From an uncultured delta proteobacterium (GTDB lineage Bacteria > Desulfobacterota > Binatia > Binatales > Binataceae), in assembly GCA_963724765.1 (NCBI GenBank), contig CAVRVY010000004.1, positions 1,688,474-1,752,473 of the forward strand: DNA of 64,000 nt, written 5' to 3'. The notes under the pieces are model-generated. The model made no database searches. It was not told where the DNA came from and was given only the letters and a program-made list of their open reading frames with translations. The translations under genes and the position numbers were made by a program. Positions 10,365 to 20,299 of this stretch are shown in pieces (within the stretch, counting starts at the first letter, position 1; each line of letters opens with the position of its first letter).

Positions 10365-11590
10365 CGTTCCCTACCTACGGCTACGGAATCGCGCACCCCG
10401 GGTACCCGGTTTAGAACCAGTTCCACGTCCTCTGGGAATACCTTGAGACCTTCGGGCGTGACGATCATCTCATTCTTGCGTCCGCGTACGATGAGATAAC
10501 CGTCCTCGTCGATTGCTCCAATGTCTCCTGTGTGGAACCAGTCGCTCTCGAAAGCCTCGGAGGCTTCGGCAGGCGCGCTGAAATAACCAGGGGTCACGCA
10601 GTCGCCCCGAACCAGAATTTCACCGTCGGTCGCGATGCTGACGCTGACACCTCGAAGCGGCTTCCTCGCGGTCCCGGGTTTAAGATGGAACGGGTGATTG
10701 AAGCTCACAATGGGCGCGGTCTCGGTAAGCCCGTACCCTTGTATAACCATAAAACCCAGACTGCGCCAGAACTCCTCGAGCCGGGGGTCGAGGGGCGCGC
10801 CGCCGACTACAAAGCCGAAGAACTTCAGATGCCGAACAGCCGATGGACCTTGCGATAGCGCCAGCGGCGGATGAACCAATGCGAACTATGTTCCGTAACC
10901 CGGGCGAGTTCGGGTACCTGTCTCACCATGTATTGGCGAAGGACCTCAAGCATCTTCGGCACTCCCACCAGGAACGAGACGCGCCGCCTATGGATTCGAC
11001 TGATTACCTCATGCGGAGCGTAACTGTGCATGAAGACGACGACACCACGTAGCATTGGCGGAAAAAACGTGGCGAGCGCCTGCCCGAACATGTGACTGAG
11101 CGGCAAAAGGTTGAGGAATCGGAGCGGATGCAGAGGCCGCACCCAAGGGCCGTATTTCTCAACCTCCCCCTCGATTGGGGCAAGGTCGGCGACGATGTTG
11201 CGATGGGTGATAATCACGCCCTTGGGACTCGCCGTCGAGCCTGAAGTAAAGACGACCTCAGCGACGTCATCCGGACTGACCTCAACCGTTGACACGGGGT
11301 ACGATTGCGCGGAGATGCCGATGTCGGCGAGACGACAAACCGGTATTCCATCGCCGAGAACGGACTGTTTGACCTCTTCTCCCACCAGAATCACCCGGGC
11401 ACGGACAACTTGCTGTATGTTGTTGCGCAGCGCATCCGCAGAGGCGCGGTAGTCCACCGGAACTACAATCACACCCTGCAGGAGACATCCCCAGAAAGCT
11501 GCAAGCCATTCCGGACGGTTCTCAGACCAAAATAGGATTTTCTCGCCCTTGGTGATCGATTCGTCGCGAAGCCGTGCCGAAAAAGCCTGT
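10365..11590 (-). pseudogene. long-chain acyl-CoA synthetase (AMP-binding), truncated and frameshifted
   Basis: SENRPEW, VFTSGSTASPKG, LPLSHMF, QGYGLTET, WFHTGDIG; frameshift near 10830. Confidence 0.85.
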
Positions 11591-11984
11591 GCAGCTGTCG
11601 CGATCTGACGATAGGAGTATCTCCACCGCCTGTCCCTTATATGGACCCAGCCCCGAGCGCAAAGCCGTTTGCCGGAGTGAGGGTGAAGCCGGTTGCAGCC
11701 ATATATTCGGCCTCTTTAAGGAGCTTCATTTTACGCTCCGGGCCTTGATGGAAATCCGCGCGCCTTCTCCTGGTCAACTAAACGGCCTCGAGGGCCTAGG
11801 GACAGGACAGGTTATGAAAGCGCCGGTCCGACCGGTTACTCATCACCGACAAAACGACCTCCGCAACCATGGCGAGACGTGTTCCTCCCTTATATGCGCT
11901 TGATTAGGATGCTTTCGGCCACCGCCCTCCTAACCGACGTTGGAGGGCGATGGCCGAAAGCAGCCGTCCACTCGGCTTTGCTGG

Positions 11985-12290
11985 ATCGCTGCTGCCCGAT
12001 AGTTTTCGCCGCGCGTAAGCAACGCCCAGATGATACGGGCATTCTTGTTCGCTAGCGCCACCGCCGCCACATTGAATCCGCGCGCGAGCTTAAGCTTGCT
12101 CGCCCATATGCTGCGGCGGTGGCGACGGCGCTGGTAGCCGCGGTTGGTAATGCGAACGAATTCAAGAGCGGTCGCGAACTCTCGGCGTGGCTGGGGCTGG
12201 TGCCGCGTCAGGACTCCAGTGGCAATCGTAATGTGCTGCTTGGGATCAGCAAGCGCGGCGATCGCTACTTGCGCACGCTGCTTATCCACA
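11985..12290. mobile_element. IS110-family transposase remnants in two opposite orientations
   Basis: + strand FKSGRELSAWLGLVPRQDSSG..GISKRGDRYLRTLLIH; - strand NVAAVALANKNARIIWALL. Confidence 0.75.
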
Positions 12291-12757
12291 GGGCACAGCT
12301 TCAATAGCTCGCCGTGGATGCGCGGCGCACCCGACAGTGCGTTGGCTCTGTTCATCTGCCGGATCAGATCACGAACTTCGCGATCTACTAACGGCCGTCC
12401 AGATCTTGAGCGCCAACGCCAATAGAGCCGGAAGCCTTGACGGTGCCACTGGACCACGGTGGCCGGCTTCACCAAGACCAAGATGTTCAGGCACGGTGGC
12501 CAAACCCGGTAAAGCCAGGTCCAAAGTAATCTATCGAGCGCGGAGAGCCGGGTGCGGCCGGGACGCTGGCGACGTAGGACTGCCAGTTGGTCGCGGAGCG
12601 CAAAAATGACCTCGAGTTCCAATTCCGCGCGGCTGCGAAACCGACCAGCGAGCCACGAAAGAAGCTCTGAGATGAATGCGACCATGCCCGTGACACTATG
12701 GTCGGGCAAGATAAATCGCTAGACTTTTCGATACTTTCCGAGTTTTAAGTAGGGACA
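12290..12757 (-). mobile_element. truncated IS481-like (rve) element
   Basis: LRDQLAVLRRQRPGR..VKPATVVQWHRQGFRLYWRW..GAPRIHGELLKL; end TGTCCCTACTTAAAAC. Confidence 0.8.
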
Positions 12758-12764
12758 GGTAATC

Positions 12765-12998
12765 ATGTCGGTGGCGCACCTCAATGCCGGACTGCTATCC
12801 GCGATCGCGTTGCTGATAATTTTTCTGCTCGGGCTTTCCGCTTTTCAGAATTGGGACGCTAGAAAGCATCATGCCGGTTCGATATTCGTGAGCAAGGCGG
12901 CGCCCATCGCCAGATGGCTATTGGGACTCCTCATCGTGGCCTACGTTCTCTTCATCGCCTTCCAAATGCAGTATCAGTTCGCGCCCGCTATGAGATGA
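12765..12998 (+). CDS. small two-TM membrane protein
   Basis: two hydrophobic stretches. Confidence 0.45.
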   Translation: MSVAHLNAGLLSAIALLIIFLLGLSAFQNWDARKHHAGSIFVSKAAPIARWLLGLLIVAYVLFIAFQMQYQFAPAMR

Positions 12999-13066
12999 GT
13001 GGGCCTGGCGGTCATCCGGTATACGGCCGCGCCGGCAAATAGTATCGTGAGCGCGGGACACGACTG

Positions 13067-13486
13067 ATGGCCTCGATGCGCAAATGGACCGTTGCACTGG
13101 CTGGACTCCTGTTGATGTTCGGCACCGCCGCAAGCGCGGGGGCCGACGACGTTGCGCAAGGGCGGCAAATGTATCTTGAGTATTGCGGTTCGTGCCATGG
13201 ACTCACCGGTGAGGGTGACGGTCCCGTGGCGCCCGCGTTGACCACGCCGCCGGCCAATCTGCGCAGGCTTTCGGAGCGTTTCGGGAGTCCGCTGCCCGAG
13301 GACCAGGTCGCCCGCTTCATCGACGGCCGCGCCGAGGTTAAGCCTCACGGCCCGCGCGACATGCCGGTATGGGGCGCACGTTTCTACGCCGAGACGCATA
13401 ACGAGAGCGCGGTCCGGGCGCGGATCGCCAAGCTGGTCGCCTATCTGCAATCGATCCAGACCGGCGCTCGCCACGCGCAAAAGTAA
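13067..13486 (+). CDS. exported monoheme c-type cytochrome
   Basis: signal peptide, CGSCH heme motif, HGPRDMPVWG distal Met. Confidence 0.9.
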   Translation: MASMRKWTVALAGLLLMFGTAASAGADDVAQGRQMYLEYCGSCHGLTGEGDGPVAPALTTPPANLRRLSERFGSPLPEDQVARFIDGRAEVKPHGPRDMPVWGARFYAETHNESAVRARIAKLVAYLQSIQTGARHAQK

Positions 13487-13722
13487 GGCGCCGCGAGAGA
13501 TTGATTACGCGCGCCAGCGGCCAATCGGGGCCGCTTGCACTTGGCCGCAACCATCAACCGATCGTCCTCCACCTGCATATCGATCGAGCCATCTTTGAGC
13601 CCGGGCATATCGACGTAGAAAAGATAGGTATCCTTGTCCTCGATCACGTCCGCCCGGGGCGCCCTATGGTCGCCGGCTGCTCCGTCGATGTCTCGTCGAA
13701 ACCTGTTCAACCTATCGAACAT
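13441..13722 (-). pseudogene. Hsp20/alpha-crystallin fragment
   Basis: APRADVIEDKDTYLFYVDMPGLKDGSIDMQVEDDRLMV; C-terminus lost. Confidence 0.7.
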
Positions 13723-13746
13723 GCATTGGTCGCCGTTCCATCCGGT

Positions 13747-14199
13747 TCAACCACGCGCCTTCTTGCCGAGTCGAGCTCGAGCTGGCCGCGCCCTGGGTCT
13801 TACGGTAAGAACAGGGCATGGTGCCTCCCGCATAACGCCTTCGGCGACGCTTCCGAGGAGGAGACGACGAAGTCCTTTCCAGCCGTGAGTCGCCATTACA
13901 ATCATATTGGCACGCAAACGCGTCGCCATCAGGAGGATCTCCACGTCCGGATTGCCATTCGTAACATGAACTCTATACCGCACCGCTTCGCCGAGTCTCT
14001 TCCTAGCCAATCGCTCAAGCTTGCGTTTGGCAATGGCTTCGAGCTTTTCGAAAGATGATGCATCGGACGGTATCCCCACGACATGAAATATATGGAGGAA
14101 CCCTTTGCTCGAGCGCGTCAGCTCCGAGGCGACGCGGAGCGCCAGAAGCGAGTTTCGGTCGAAGTCGACTGCGCATAGGATGTTGTTGAACGAGATCAC
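13747..14199 (-). CDS. universal stress protein
   Basis: ILCAVDFD..IVMATHG..LLGSVAEGVMREAPCPVL; GTG start with GAGGAA RBS. Confidence 0.9.
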   Translation of the reverse strand: MISFNNILCAVDFDRNSLLALRVASELTRSSKGFLHIFHVVGIPSDASSFEKLEAIAKRKLERLARKRLGEAVRYRVHVTNGNPDVEILLMATRLRANMIVMATHGWKGLRRLLLGSVAEGVMREAPCPVLTVRPRARPARARLGKKARG

Positions 14200-14561
14200 T
14201 AAGCTTTCCTCAAACCAGTGGAGAGATCCTGAAATCCTTCCGCCCAGCGCATGGCTCGTTTCGGCCTGCGTCGCGGCGACGACGTGCGGGAAGACGTGCG
14301 ACAATTTTGCGGGTCAGAATATAGCGCCTCAGAGAACCTGACGGGTAACGCGGCAGCATCTCCGGTGAGCGGCATCACACCTTCGATTCGGCTTACTGCT
14401 TGGGCACCGCCGCACTGTATCCCTATGAGGTAACCGCGCCGGCGCGTCGCTCAAAACCACCTCCATTTGCTTCGCTTCCGCTCACTCGCAGCCGGATGTA
14501 AGCGCACGCGTCCGTGGTGATCGCCAAGTGCACCTACAGCACCAGATTTCTCAACTGGTCT

Positions 14562-15605
14562 CTATTCATCGCGTTGTGCTAACCAGCTGTTGATTTGAGG
14601 CCAGAGCTTGGAATGTGCCTCGGCGCTCGCGGCTATTCCGATGTGTCCGGTAGGAAAAACCAGATTGGTCTTGTCCACGCTGCCAACAAGATCGATCAGC
14701 GGAAGGCTAGACTTGGGGTGCACGATCACGTCTGCCGCCGCGACCACGTTTAGCAACGAAGCATCGATGTGCCCAAGGTTTACGACTTTGCCGCCTACGG
14801 TCATCTGGCCGCGAACCAGCAGATTCTTCTTGAACACGTCAACAACCAGCTCGCGGAACAGTCGCCCGGCAAGGGGCACGTCACTGGCAAGCCAGTTTCT
14901 GAAGGCAGGCGACACCTTCGCATAGAGGTCCCGCTCGCTCTCCTGGCAAAGGCCGAAGTACTGGCCGAAACGGTAGGTTGCTGACAGCCCGGCGAAGACG
15001 TTTTGTAGCAGCCAGGCCGGGCAGTTGCCGTACGCGGCCGTGACGAAACTTACCGCGCTCTCGTCCAGCCAGTCAGTCAGTTGATAGGCGGGAGGTTCAC
15101 GCACGCTTGTATCGAGCGGCAGGGTCAGAGTCACGAGGTTCCTGACGTGCCGGGGATGAAGCGCGGCGTAGATTACGCTGAGCAAGGCGCCCAGACAGTA
15201 GCCGAGGACGGTGACCTGCTCGACGCCCTGATGGACACGTACAGCGTGCACCGCGTTGGCGAGATCCTGATTGACATAAGCATCAAAACCGCGCCAGCTA
15301 TCGGCCGCGTTGGGCGGAAGCCAGTCTATCAGAAACACCTCGAAGCCTTGCCGGGTAAGGCCTTCTACCACGCTTCGTCCGGGCTCCAGGTCGAGCACAA
15401 ACGGCCGCTTGATGAGCGCGTACACGAGAACGATCGGGATCCGACACCGCGGTTCGACTGCCCTGTAATGGCGTACACTCGCCTTTCCGCTTCGATAGAT
15501 GACGCGATAAGGGGTCAGAGATGGCGGATCGATGGATGCCCCATGGGTCAGGTCGAGCGTGGGAATCGTGCTTCCCATCCAGCTGTTCGCGACGTCTGTC
15601 CGCAT
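14562..15605 (-). CDS. phaC: class III-type polyhydroxyalkanoate synthase
   Basis: LVYALIKRPFVLDL, lipase box GYCLG, catalytic Asp (ADVIV) and His (TGHIG). Confidence 0.85.
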   Translation of the reverse strand: MRTDVANSWMGSTIPTLDLTHGASIDPPSLTPYRVIYRSGKASVRHYRAVEPRCRIPIVLVYALIKRPFVLDLEPGRSVVEGLTRQGFEVFLIDWLPPNAADSWRGFDAYVNQDLANAVHAVRVHQGVEQVTVLGYCLGALLSVIYAALHPRHVRNLVTLTLPLDTSVREPPAYQLTDWLDESAVSFVTAAYGNCPAWLLQNVFAGLSATYRFGQYFGLCQESERDLYAKVSPAFRNWLASDVPLAGRLFRELVVDVFKKNLLVRGQMTVGGKVVNLGHIDASLLNVVAAADVIVHPKSSLPLIDLVGSVDKTNLVFPTGHIGIAASAEAHSKLWPQINSWLAQRDE

Positions 15606-15726
15606 TGGATTGCCTCATGCGGGCGAACCCGAACACCGATACGGCAACGAATTGCACAGGAGGTGCTGGTGGAGGATTCGGATTCAGCCGTGGGGGCTTC
15701 AACCTCAATGATCTGCTTCCTTGTCA

Positions 15727-15742
15727 CGCATAAACGATGCCG
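15727..15742 (-). promoter_or_regulatory. sigma54 -24/-12 promoter
   Basis: CGGCATCGTTTATGCG = GG-N10-GC upstream of phaC. Confidence 0.55.
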
Positions 15743-16556
15743 AGCCTTGCCAAGCAAGGGGGAACCGATGCAGCAGACATAGATCGTTCAAATGAACCTC
15801 AAAGTCGTGACTTTCAGGGATCAACGCACAGTTTCACGTCTGGTTTTTGCCAGGGACTCGATTCGAGGCTTGTGACTCCAGAGGAGACAACTAATGATTG
15901 TGATTGTTCCCTTTTGACATAACGCAGGCCAATCCTTCGGCGGATCGCAGTTTACCGCGTCGCCCGCGGCTCGCAAACTCGGTTACGCTCGCGCAGCTCT
16001 TTGAGCTCGACTACCCGTTGGCAACCCTAGCGGTTGCTGGAGGGTAGTAAAAGTTCAAATCCCCCTTGTATGTAACGGATGTAGTAGGACCATCGACAGA
16101 CGTGGCGTGGCAGGCCGATGCAGCCTTGGGGCCAAGACCCCGTCTAGCAGCGAAGGTCGCCGCGCCTTCACAGAACCGCAGACATCCAAAGCACCAATCA
16201 ATCCACACGGATTAGGTTTTGAGGAGCCACAGGCTCGCGATCGAGTCGGCGGACGGAACTGGACGATCCGGCGCGGTACGCGCGTCAAGCTGAACGATGT
16301 CACTGAGCAGCGGTGCACATTCGATGACCGCCTTTACTTCAATGCAGGCCCGGCGCGCATTCCCAGCCACTATCAAGCGCAGCTCGCCGTGGATCCGGGG
16401 CGCGGCCCAGAGCGGATTGGCGCTGCTTCATCTCACGAATCAGCTTGCTAATTTCGCGATCCACTGACGGCCGTCCTGATCTCGAACGCCAGTGCCTCGG
16501 CAACGGCGCTCTCTAACGCTGGCGAGTTTTCAATTACACAACTTCACGTTCGGGAG

Positions 16557-16584
16557 TTGACATCGCCCTTCAGCGGAGTATCTT
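16557..16584 (+). promoter_or_regulatory. sigma70-like promoter
   Basis: TTGACA-N16-TATCTT upstream of the ORF at 16672. Confidence 0.5.
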
Positions 16585-16671
16585 GATACCTCCATGCACA
16601 CTATGCTTTTCACAGCATAGCGACACAACCAACAGCCTTCTCCAACAACACTGCTAGCACTTCAGCCTAGC

Positions 16672-16911
16672 ATGACAACAGGGGTATGTATCGTGGCAGA
16701 GCAACCAACCTACTCAGCAGAGCGACCAATCTGCACAATGGAACGGCCTATACCATGCGAGGGTTGTGGGCAAGTGTTCACACTAAACCGCATGCGGCAG
16801 GTGATTCTTGGGTTGAATGGTGATGAGATCCGGTTCGAGACCCCTTACTTTTGCGCGACATGTTACGATTCACTAACGATCATTCCGCGTGCACTTCCGA
16901 TGCAAGATTAA
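16672..16911 (+). CDS. small putative zinc-ribbon protein
   Basis: CEGC..CATC; flanked by a promoter and a terminator. Confidence 0.55.
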   Translation: MTTGVCIVAEQPTYSAERPICTMERPIPCEGCGQVFTLNRMRQVILGLNGDEIRFETPYFCATCYDSLTIIPRALPMQD

Positions 16912-16936
16912 CTGTCATCTACGTCTCACAACTCTG

Positions 16937-16971
16937 GCCCGTCAGGCTCTAACGCTGGCGGGCTCTTTTTT
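16937..16971 (+). terminator. intrinsic terminator
   Basis: GCCCGTCAG/CTGGCGGGC stem followed by TCTTTTTT. Confidence 0.7.
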
Positions 16972-17423
16972 GGTACCAATTTTTAAACGATGGGATTAGA
17001 CGATTGCCTTGGTCACAAGATGTCGCTCTTGCGTCAGGAACTACTAATCCAGTCTGTCTGGGGATGCGTGTCTCTTAAAGCCTCTCGGTATCGACTAACA
17101 CAATTGATTTGACTTTTGAATATTCTTAATATTTATTTCGAGAGTCAGATTGAAGTACGAATCAAGTCTGATTTTGATCCAGCCTGACGGTGGTCCTTTC
17201 TCTCGCCTTTGACCACTCTCTACTAGACCAACGCAAAGCGATAGAAACGAAGGCCCGCGGAGGCCGCCTTGTCTCCGTTCAAACCGGAACGTACTCCGAC
17301 GGCTTCGAGATTCTACTTTCAGCGCACGAGCGTGCTTGAAGTTGGTTTCGACAAGTTGCAAGTGAGCGCAGTGCGCTCCACGGGCGTAGGCAGATTAGAC
17401 AAACAAACAGGAGGATAAAGACA

Positions 17424-17779
17424 ATGGGATTTCTCGAATAATGGAACAAGCCAAGGGAGCTATATAGATTCCACAGCGAGGTTGAGGACTTGCTCGGACT
17501 ATTCGAGCTTGACCGCAATTGGTTCGGCCGGTTTCCGTTCGACCGCGAGATCTCCGGCTCCCGGGAATCGAGAGCAACGCGGCCTGCAATCGAGTCGAGC
17601 GGGAAGACGGGAAGTTCATCGTTCGTACCGATCTTCCTGGTGTCGACGCAAAGAATGTCGATATCAAGGTCGTAGGCGATGTCCTGACGATCAGGGGTTC
17701 GCGAGAGGAGAAGCGCGAGACGAAGAAAGCCGAAATTGCGTTCATCCTCAAAACGACCGCAAAAATTCGATTCGCGTGA
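17424..17779 (+). pseudogene. Hsp20 family pseudogene
   Basis: GGAGGA RBS, early TAA, RPAIES then frameshift to FIVRTDLPGVDAKNVDIKVVGDVLTIRGSR. Confidence 0.8.
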
Positions 17780-18081
17780 AAATTCGTTCGTGCGCGAGAA
17801 CTCAGCTTAACGCCTAGCCAGGAATCTCGTTCTGTATAGCGTGTATATCGCCCAGTCGACGGTAGCCCAAATTCGTGACCAGGCGTCGGCAGTGAACGTC
17901 ACAGAAAATTTGGCTCGATACTCGCCGAAAATTTCGCCCAATGACAGAAGTTCGAGTCCGGTATGTGCCAACGTCAAGCGGAACGCCTAGAACCTGACCG
18001 ACACCAATACACCGCTCGCCTTGCAGTCGTATCGACTTGCCGCAGGGTCTTAAGTACTCGAGTGAGCTGCGGCAGCGAGGC

Positions 18082-18456
18082 TTACTTGGCCGACCGTGCC
18101 TCACCGTTCGCAATAGAGTTCTCAGGTTCAGGGGTTATCAGCTTCTGGATTCGGGTCTCAGGCACTCGAAGCAACGAAACAGGCACATGGTGCGGTCTAT
18201 CGTCGCCTTTGGCTCCCAGGTCACGGTGCTCCAGGAAACGCATTCGCGTAGTACTGATTCCCACAAAGACCGCAGCCGGGTGGGAGTTACGGCGCTCAGG
18301 CGCCCGGCCTTCGAAACGGACGGTGACGTGTGGAAAACCCTCAATCACCCTGGACGCCTGGACCGTGCCGGGCCACCATCTCCCCTTGCCCAAACGCACG
18401 ATCCACACCCATACCGGCGCGCCAGCCGAAAGCTCAACTACCTCTGATGGCTCCAT
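18082..18456 (-). CDS. hypothetical protein
   Basis: AAGGAAG RBS, directly downstream of pckG; beta-rich VWVWIVRLGKGRWWPGTV. Confidence 0.6.
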   Translation of the reverse strand: MEPSEVVELSAGAPVWVWIVRLGKGRWWPGTVQASRVIEGFPHVTVRFEGRAPERRNSHPAAVFVGISTTRMRFLEHRDLGAKGDDRPHHVPVSLLRVPETRIQKLITPEPENSIANGEARSAK

Positions 18457-18510
18457 TTCTTCCTTTGACCGATCCCCCCACGCGCTCGTCGGTCGGCAAG
18501 CCTCCTTCGC

Positions 18511-20289
18511 TCACAATTCGAATGCTGCGGCGAGAGTTTCGTGCTGGACTTCGATTTCGCGAGGGAGCTCGCAGTCTAGCCGGTAGAAAAATTCATCCTG
18601 GGATCGAAGCTCGGCGCTCCAGTCGTCGCGCTCGATGGCCATTGCGGCGCGCAAACGCTCGCTGGCCATTTCAAGTCCTTCAAGGTTGATGTCTGAGGTG
18701 CGTGGTACCAGCCCAACGGGCTTGTCCTCCGCCCCGGCCCGCCCGTCAACACGGTCCACGATCCATTTCAGGACGCGAAGATTTTCTCCGTATCCGGGCC
18801 ACAGAAACGATCCGGCGGCGTCCTTCTTGAACCAATTGACCATGAAGATTTTGGGCGAGCGCTTGAGCCGGGGGCCCATGGCGAGCCAGTGCGCGAAGTA
18901 ATCTGCGATGTGGTAGCCACAAAACGGCAGCATCGCCATCGGATCTCTGCGCACCAGCCCCACTTGTCCGGTCGCCGCCGCGGTGGTTTCGGAACCCATG
19001 GTCGCGCCCAGATAGACTCCGTGTTTCCAATCGAATGCTTCCATCACGAGCGGAACGGTGGTCGCGCGACGGCCGCCAAAGATGATCGCCGAAATTGGCA
19101 CGCCCTGCGGATCGCCGGCGTGCGGCGACAGCACGGGGTTGTTCGTCATCGGAGTGGTGAAGCGGCTGTTCGGATGCGCGGCCGGGTGCCCCGAATGCGG
19201 AACCCAGGGTGTCCCCTGCCAGTCCAGCGTTCCGCGTTGAGGATCAAGTCCGATCCCCTCCCACCACACGTCGCCGTCCGGGGTCAGCGCCACGTTGGTG
19301 AAGATCGTATCGTGCTCGACCATGCGCATCGCGTTGGGATTGGAGCGCGCATTGGTGCCCGGCGCGACGCCGAAGTATCCTGCCTCCGGGTTGACCGCCC
19401 ATAACCGCCCGTCCGACCCAACGCGCAGCCATGCGATGTCGTCGCCGACCGTGAATACGCGCCAGCCGTCGAGCGAGCGTGGCGGCGTGAGCATCGCCAG
19501 GTTGGTCTTGCCGCAGGCGCTCGGGAAGGCCGCGGCCACGTACGTCGTCGCGCCTTGCGGGCTCTGCAACCCTAGAATGAGCATGTGCTCGGCAAGCCAG
19601 CCTTCCCTTCGCCCAAACCAACTGGCGATGCGCAGGGCGAAGCACTTCTTGCTCAGGAGGGCGTTGCCGCCGTAACCGCTCCCCACCGACCAGACCGCGT
19701 TGTCCTGCGGAAAGTGGCAGATGAGCCGACGCTGCGGGCTCAGGTCGAGCGTGCAATGAAGTCCCCGATTGAACCCCGCCGCGTCACCCTGCGCGTCGAG
19801 TGCGGGGCGCCCCATCCGCGTCATGATGCGCATGTTGAGCGCGACGTAAATGCTGTCGGTGAGCTCGACACCCACGCGCGCGAATTCCGACCCCGGCGGC
19901 CCCATCAGGTACGGCACCACGTACATCGTCCGCCCGCGCATCGAGCCTTGCAGCCAGTGTCTGAGTCTCTGATAAGTCTCCTCGGGCGCCATCCAGTTGT
20001 TGGTCGGACCCGCCTGCTCGCGAGTGGGCGTGCAGATGAAAGTGGCGTCCTCAGTCCGCGCGACGTCGCTTGGATGGGAACGGTGCAGGTAACACCCCGG
20101 ACGCTGGCGGTCATTCAACGGGATTAGAATGCGCTCGCGGACCGCCCGCTCTGTCAGGCGCGCTCTCTCATCCTCCGAACCATCGCACCAGAACACCCGA
20201 GTCGGCCTTGTGAGACGGGCCACTTCTTCAACCCAGGCCGTAACAGAATTTGAAGCCGTGGCCGCCGGAAGGAAAACACTCATTGCCAT
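18511..20289 (-). CDS. pckG: phosphoenolpyruvate carboxykinase (GTP)
   Basis: SGYGGNALLSKKCFALR, AAFPSACGKTNLAM, GDDIAW, AAHPNSRF, DPMAMLPFCGY. Confidence 0.95.
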   Translation of the reverse strand: MAMSVFLPAATASNSVTAWVEEVARLTRPTRVFWCDGSEDERARLTERAVRERILIPLNDRQRPGCYLHRSHPSDVARTEDATFICTPTREQAGPTNNWMAPEETYQRLRHWLQGSMRGRTMYVVPYLMGPPGSEFARVGVELTDSIYVALNMRIMTRMGRPALDAQGDAAGFNRGLHCTLDLSPQRRLICHFPQDNAVWSVGSGYGGNALLSKKCFALRIASWFGRREGWLAEHMLILGLQSPQGATTYVAAAFPSACGKTNLAMLTPPRSLDGWRVFTVGDDIAWLRVGSDGRLWAVNPEAGYFGVAPGTNARSNPNAMRMVEHDTIFTNVALTPDGDVWWEGIGLDPQRGTLDWQGTPWVPHSGHPAAHPNSRFTTPMTNNPVLSPHAGDPQGVPISAIIFGGRRATTVPLVMEAFDWKHGVYLGATMGSETTAAATGQVGLVRRDPMAMLPFCGYHIADYFAHWLAMGPRLKRSPKIFMVNWFKKDAAGSFLWPGYGENLRVLKWIVDRVDGRAGAEDKPVGLVPRTSDINLEGLEMASERLRAAMAIERDDWSAELRSQDEFFYRLDCELPREIEVQHETLAAAFEL

Positions 20290-20299
20290 GAGTTCCAGC

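Noticed and set aside
9638-10879. Novel functional acyl-CoA synthetase-RtcB fusion enzyme
   Set aside because: Both parts lack essential halves and the junction is nonsense-like; better explained as a deletion scar
11930-12709. 259-aa ORF as a single transposase
   Set aside because: It is a read-through of an IS481-like fragment, antisense IS110 and sense IS110 pieces
15881-15917. GAGGAG RBS with a 7-codon ORF MIVIVPF
   Set aside because: No downstream attenuator or operon; probably a remnant gene start
17142-17173. FNR/CRP-like palindrome in the AT-rich spacer
   Set aside because: TTGA..TCAA spacing does not match TTGAT-N4-ATCAA; imperfect and unsupported
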